64,000 bases of DNA, from NCBI GenBank assembly GCA_965197475.1, contig CBDANF010000003.1, positions 2,560,001 through 2,624,000 on the forward strand, given 5' to 3'. The stretch's first letter is position 1, and every line of letters starts with the position of its first letter. The DNA comes from Candidatus Poribacteria bacterium. Its GTDB lineage: Bacteria > Poribacteria > WGA-4E > WGA-3G. The notes under the pieces are model-generated. The model saw nothing but the letters and a program-made list of their open reading frames with translations. It was not told the origin of the DNA and searched no databases. Made by a program: the position numbers and the translations under genes. Shown piece after piece: positions 60,330 through 64,000 of the stretch.

Positions 60330-63325
60330 ATATTGGTGAAAATACTATAGGGAACATCATGCCGAACCGCCGTGAAACCACAATCACAAACGAACTAGTG
60401 AACATCCTACGACATATGCGCCACGGATGGGAACTCGAAACAGAAGTCAACGCCTTCATCAAAGGCAATAGCGAACTTGATGCACTCGTGATTGAACGTG
60501 GCAGAGAACCTGTCGGTATTGAGGCAAAATTCGCTACCACAACCAACGCCAAAAATCTCATCAAACAAGCCGAAACAAGACTCCTTCACGAACTTGAAAC
60601 TGAATATCACGTCTCCAGTCCGACGCTCAATAACGTCATGGCAATCCTGTATCCTGACCGATTTAAGACAATGTCGGGAGGAGAGGTCAACTCCGAACTG
60701 TGCGCTGCGGACGATCTACAATACAAACTTGTCAATACCATCGGTGAAACCGTAGGACATTTTCCAAAAAACGGATGGGCAACAGGCACTGTAGGAGACA
60801 TTGCAAATGCACTTCACGTCGGTGCAATGCCGAACTCTAAACTTGAAGAAGCAGCAGCGGAGATGGAGAAAAGCATCAACAAAGCAGCTTACCTACTTGA
60901 GGACGCAATCGTTGATCATCTTGCTATTGGCAAGAAAATTGAGACAATTCTGCACCAAGAGGTTTTCTCTAAAGACGATGATGATTCAGAAGAAAAACCG
61001 CATACCCAAACGCTCCGCATGGCAGCACTGATTATTACCGATGCCTTTGTCTTTCAGAGTTCCCTCGCTGGCAAAGCCGAAATGGAATCTGTCCGTTCAC
61101 TCCGCCAACTTTTACCGACAATTGACTATGCCGATGTCATTGAGGATTGGAACACAATCCTCAAGGTCAATTATCGTCCGATATTCGAGGATGCCCGTAA
61201 CCTCGTTGAAGCACTCGCGACCGATGACAGACTTGTCAAACCTATCTTAACGCTCCTGTGTGAGGCTGCCAAAGACCTTGTTGATACAGGCATCGCGCAG
61301 ATTCACGAACTCGCAGGTATAGTGTTCCAGAAACTCATCACTGACAGGAAATATGTAAAGGCGAACTATACGCTCCCCGAAAGCGCGGTGCTATTGTCAA
61401 CCCTTGTGATGCCTGAACTGCCCAAAGGTCCACTCCCAAAAGTTGCAGACTTTGCATGTGGAACAGGTGCGCTGCTCAACGGTGTATATCAACGTATCTT
61501 GTCTCTGTATGAACAATCCGGTGGAAACGGTAGGGACATCCATCAGAAAATGTTAGAGGAAAACATCGGTGGTGTAGATATTATGCCGAATGCTACACAC
61601 CTCACAGCAGCCTCGCTTGCAAGCAGATATGCAGATATGAAACTCGGCGGCACGCGTATCCTCACAGCACCTTATGGTAAATTAGACAATGAAACTTACG
61701 CAGTTGGTTCACTTGAGCTGCTCAACGAAGAACTCTCACTACCAACAATGGGACCGGAGGGTGAACAGGTTGGTGGTGAAGAAAATAGGATAGTTGATCT
61801 CCAAAAGGAATTTCCGTACGAAAAATTCAACGTCGTTATTCAAAATCCACCTTTTACGAAACCAGGTGCAGACCCTGCTGGCATAGACGGTGCTAAATCC
61901 CCTTTCCAAGGCAATGACCGACCTCAAGAGTATACAAAGGCAATGCAAACTGCCCTCAAGAAAAAAGATACGTTGGTCGCTGACGGGCAAGCAGGACTCA
62001 GTTCCTACTTTATTGAATTGGCTGATAGAATGCTTAAGTCTAACGGTACAATGGGTTTTATTCTGCCTGCAACGGTGCTCGCCTCACCAACTTCGCAGAA
62101 GGTCCGTAACATGTGGGCAACAAAATACCGTGATGTGATTGTGATAACTATCGCTGAAGCGAAAGGATTGGACTGTGCTTTTTCTGCCGATACGGACATG
62201 GCAGAGTGTATCATTGTAGCAACAAAAGGAAAAAGTGATAATACGGGACGTGGCAAGTTTGTTTGCCTAAACCAACGTCCAAAAAGTTTACTTGAGGCTT
62301 TTGAGATTACAAACAGAATCATCCGAAGTAACGGAACGTACCGATTAGAAGATGCACCAAGTGGCGGCGATACGATAAAGGTCGGTAAAGAAAACCTTGG
62401 ATATATGCTTGATTGCCCGTTACCTTGCGGTGAAGGGTGGGTTGCTGTGCGTGTGAAATCAATGGCAGTAATTCAGTCTGCCCGACGACTGAAAAAGGGT
62501 AGATTGGAACTACCGCTACAAGAGTTACAAGAAACGGTTACTGAGATTCCAATTTGCCAAGTCGGAGACATCGCGACTTTGGGATTGGCTGAGGTTAGGA
62601 ATGTGTTTCGTAAAGTGGAAGGGTTTCAACCCAACGAAGATGGGTACGCTTGCTTGTGGAATGCAAAGAGCGAAGTTCAGCGATCAATGCTTGTGCTCCC
62701 GGATTCACGCGCAATTCCCGTTCCGAACGCAGAAACTGAAGTGCAAAAACGAGTAGATCGGAACAGCAGAACACATTACAACATGTTGATGAGATTTAGT
62801 TCTAACTCATTAATTGCACTTTTCACTGATAAACCCTCTATAGGTCCAACTTCAGTAACTAATGTGGCATTTGAAAGCGCACGATATGAGATTCCGTGGG
62901 CACTCTGGTGTAACTCAACATTGGGATTGTTTTGTCATTGGTTGCATAGTGGCAAACAAAATTCTGGACGTGGAAAGTTATGGATTGGAACATTGCGAAC
63001 TTTACCAACATTAGATGTCCGCGAACTCTCAGAAGAAAGCTTAACAAAAGCAGAAGAGATTTTTGAGCAATTGAAGTATAAGCGTATGTTGCCTTTTAAT
63101 GAGTGTGCTCATGACCCTGTGCGCGAGGAATTAGATCGGTGTCTATTGACTGAGGTGCTGGGAATTACGAGTGATAACGTGCTTAAGTCTATGCAGACAC
63201 TCCGTGAGATGCTCTGCGCTGAACCGAGTATCCACGGTGGGAAGCAGTCTAAATGTGATCTTGATGCGGAGTTGGCAATGCTTAAGAAGAAGGGGATCCC
63301 TTTTCCAAATTGGTATGTTGAGTAA
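60326..63325 (+). CDS. Fused type IIG restriction-modification enzyme (REase + N6-adenine MTase + TRD)
   Basis: N-terminal D..I......IEAK (PD-D/ExK), VADFACGTG, IQNPPF, GF.LP, long C-terminal specificity region. Confidence 0.88.
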   Translation: MNIGENTIGNIMPNRRETTITNELVNILRHMRHGWELETEVNAFIKGNSELDALVIERGREPVGIEAKFATTTNAKNLIKQAETRLLHELETEYHVSSPTLNNVMAILYPDRFKTMSGGEVNSELCAADDLQYKLVNTIGETVGHFPKNGWATGTVGDIANALHVGAMPNSKLEEAAAEMEKSINKAAYLLEDAIVDHLAIGKKIETILHQEVFSKDDDDSEEKPHTQTLRMAALIITDAFVFQSSLAGKAEMESVRSLRQLLPTIDYADVIEDWNTILKVNYRPIFEDARNLVEALATDDRLVKPILTLLCEAAKDLVDTGIAQIHELAGIVFQKLITDRKYVKANYTLPESAVLLSTLVMPELPKGPLPKVADFACGTGALLNGVYQRILSLYEQSGGNGRDIHQKMLEENIGGVDIMPNATHLTAASLASRYADMKLGGTRILTAPYGKLDNETYAVGSLELLNEELSLPTMGPEGEQVGGEENRIVDLQKEFPYEKFNVVIQNPPFTKPGADPAGIDGAKSPFQGNDRPQEYTKAMQTALKKKDTLVADGQAGLSSYFIELADRMLKSNGTMGFILPATVLASPTSQKVRNMWATKYRDVIVITIAEAKGLDCAFSADTDMAECIIVATKGKSDNTGRGKFVCLNQRPKSLLEAFEITNRIIRSNGTYRLEDAPSGGDTIKVGKENLGYMLDCPLPCGEGWVAVRVKSMAVIQSARRLKKGRLELPLQELQETVTEIPICQVGDIATLGLAEVRNVFRKVEGFQPNEDGYACLWNAKSEVQRSMLVLPDSRAIPVPNAETEVQKRVDRNSRTHYNMLMRFSSNSLIALFTDKPSIGPTSVTNVAFESARYEIPWALWCNSTLGLFCHWLHSGKQNSGRGKLWIGTLRTLPTLDVRELSEESLTKAEEIFEQLKYKRMLPFNECAHDPVREELDRCLLTEVLGITSDNVLKSMQTLREMLCAEPSIHGGKQSKCDLDAELAMLKKKGIPFPNWYVE

Positions 63326-63516
63326 AGCATGGTTGATTTGTATTCTCCTGCTGAATCTAAGCGAATGTTAATAGTCCGCCTGTCTATAGCACAAACACTC
63401 AATGTTTAAACCATTTTTGCTTGCGAACCTTGCCCTCTATGTGTTAAAATTAGGACACTACTGTAGGAACGATCCTTTAAAACACTCCAAAATCAAACAG
63501 GAGAACAACCGCTGAA

Positions 63517-64000
63517 ATGACAAGCGAATTAGTTGTATTTACGGAGATTTTTCCAATCCATTTAGAAGCTCTTCCAGAACTAACATTGTACCAACTGAAG
63601 GTTAATGGATCTGCTCCATTAAATGAAATAGGACGGAAAGTAGGTTACCGCTTACAAACAAAGTTCGGCAATCATTGGAATTGGGATAAGGTAGAGAAAT
63701 ATCTTATTACTGATTGTTCTCAACAAGTGGAATCGTCCTTAAGTGAAGTTCTGCAAGAAATATGGAAAACTTCGACAGAAGAAGATATACTCCGATCACT
63801 AGAGAAGATTATAAAGGTAAGTCCTAACCACAAAGCTTCAAATCAAGGAATAGCTGACTTTGTTGCAAGTTCCCTACAAAATGATTTTTCACGAAATATC
63901 AAAAAAGCATTGGAGGAATATAGAAGGGAAGAAAACACATATTACGTACACCGCAGATGTGATTTGCGCGGTTGGACAGTTGACAATCATCCTGCAATAT
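63517..64000 (+). CDS. Probable prokaryotic Argonaute, N-terminal part (runs off the window)
   Basis: Open frame with AGGAG RBS: VFTEIFPI..L.LYQL..EIGRKVGYRL..KFG.HW..LITD..IADFV..VHRRCDLRGWTVDNHPAI, recalling the N/L1 region of Microcystis/Chloroflexi-type long pAgos; PIWI not in the window. Confidence 0.65.
   Translation, partial: MTSELVVFTEIFPIHLEALPELTLYQLKVNGSAPLNEIGRKVGYRLQTKFGNHWNWDKVEKYLITDCSQQVESSLSEVLQEIWKTSTEEDILRSLEKIIKVSPNHKASNQGIADFVASSLQNDFSRNIKKALEEYRREENTYYVHRRCDLRGWTVDNHPAI

Overview
Bacterial chromosomal window, probably Candidatus Poribacteria or a relative. This is inferred from multiple PhyH dioxygenases, mandelate racemases, a LamG protein ending in 'V.P.GKL.T.W..IK' and a DUF6785-like transporter. 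Housekeeping blocks: argD-lolB-like-ispE-tRNA-Gln-rplY-amidase-GerMN-pth; gap-tpiA-secG-uxaC; a TPP-riboswitch-led thiX-thiY-thiO-thiS-thiG region; and sat. These are mixed with many REP/MITE elements, IS relics (IS3, IS982, ISAs1), pseudogenes and defence genes. The defence genes are a BglII-like type II R-M pair, a fused type IIG R-M enzyme followed by the start of a probable prokaryotic Argonaute, and an amber-interrupted BrnT toxin coupled to an antitoxin-TIR fusion. The most striking signal is an IS1595-family element (26070-28039) abutting the right half of a related element (28040-29000). Each right end carries an inward sigma70 promoter followed immediately by a ~80-nt RNA. The two RNAs differ in sequence but fold into the same four-helix pseudoknot, and each leads into passenger genes. 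Also found: an unannotated SelW-type selenoprotein, a DddK/DddW-like cupin, and a REP palindrome translated in frame inside sat. All family assignments come from motif recognition only; no searches were run.
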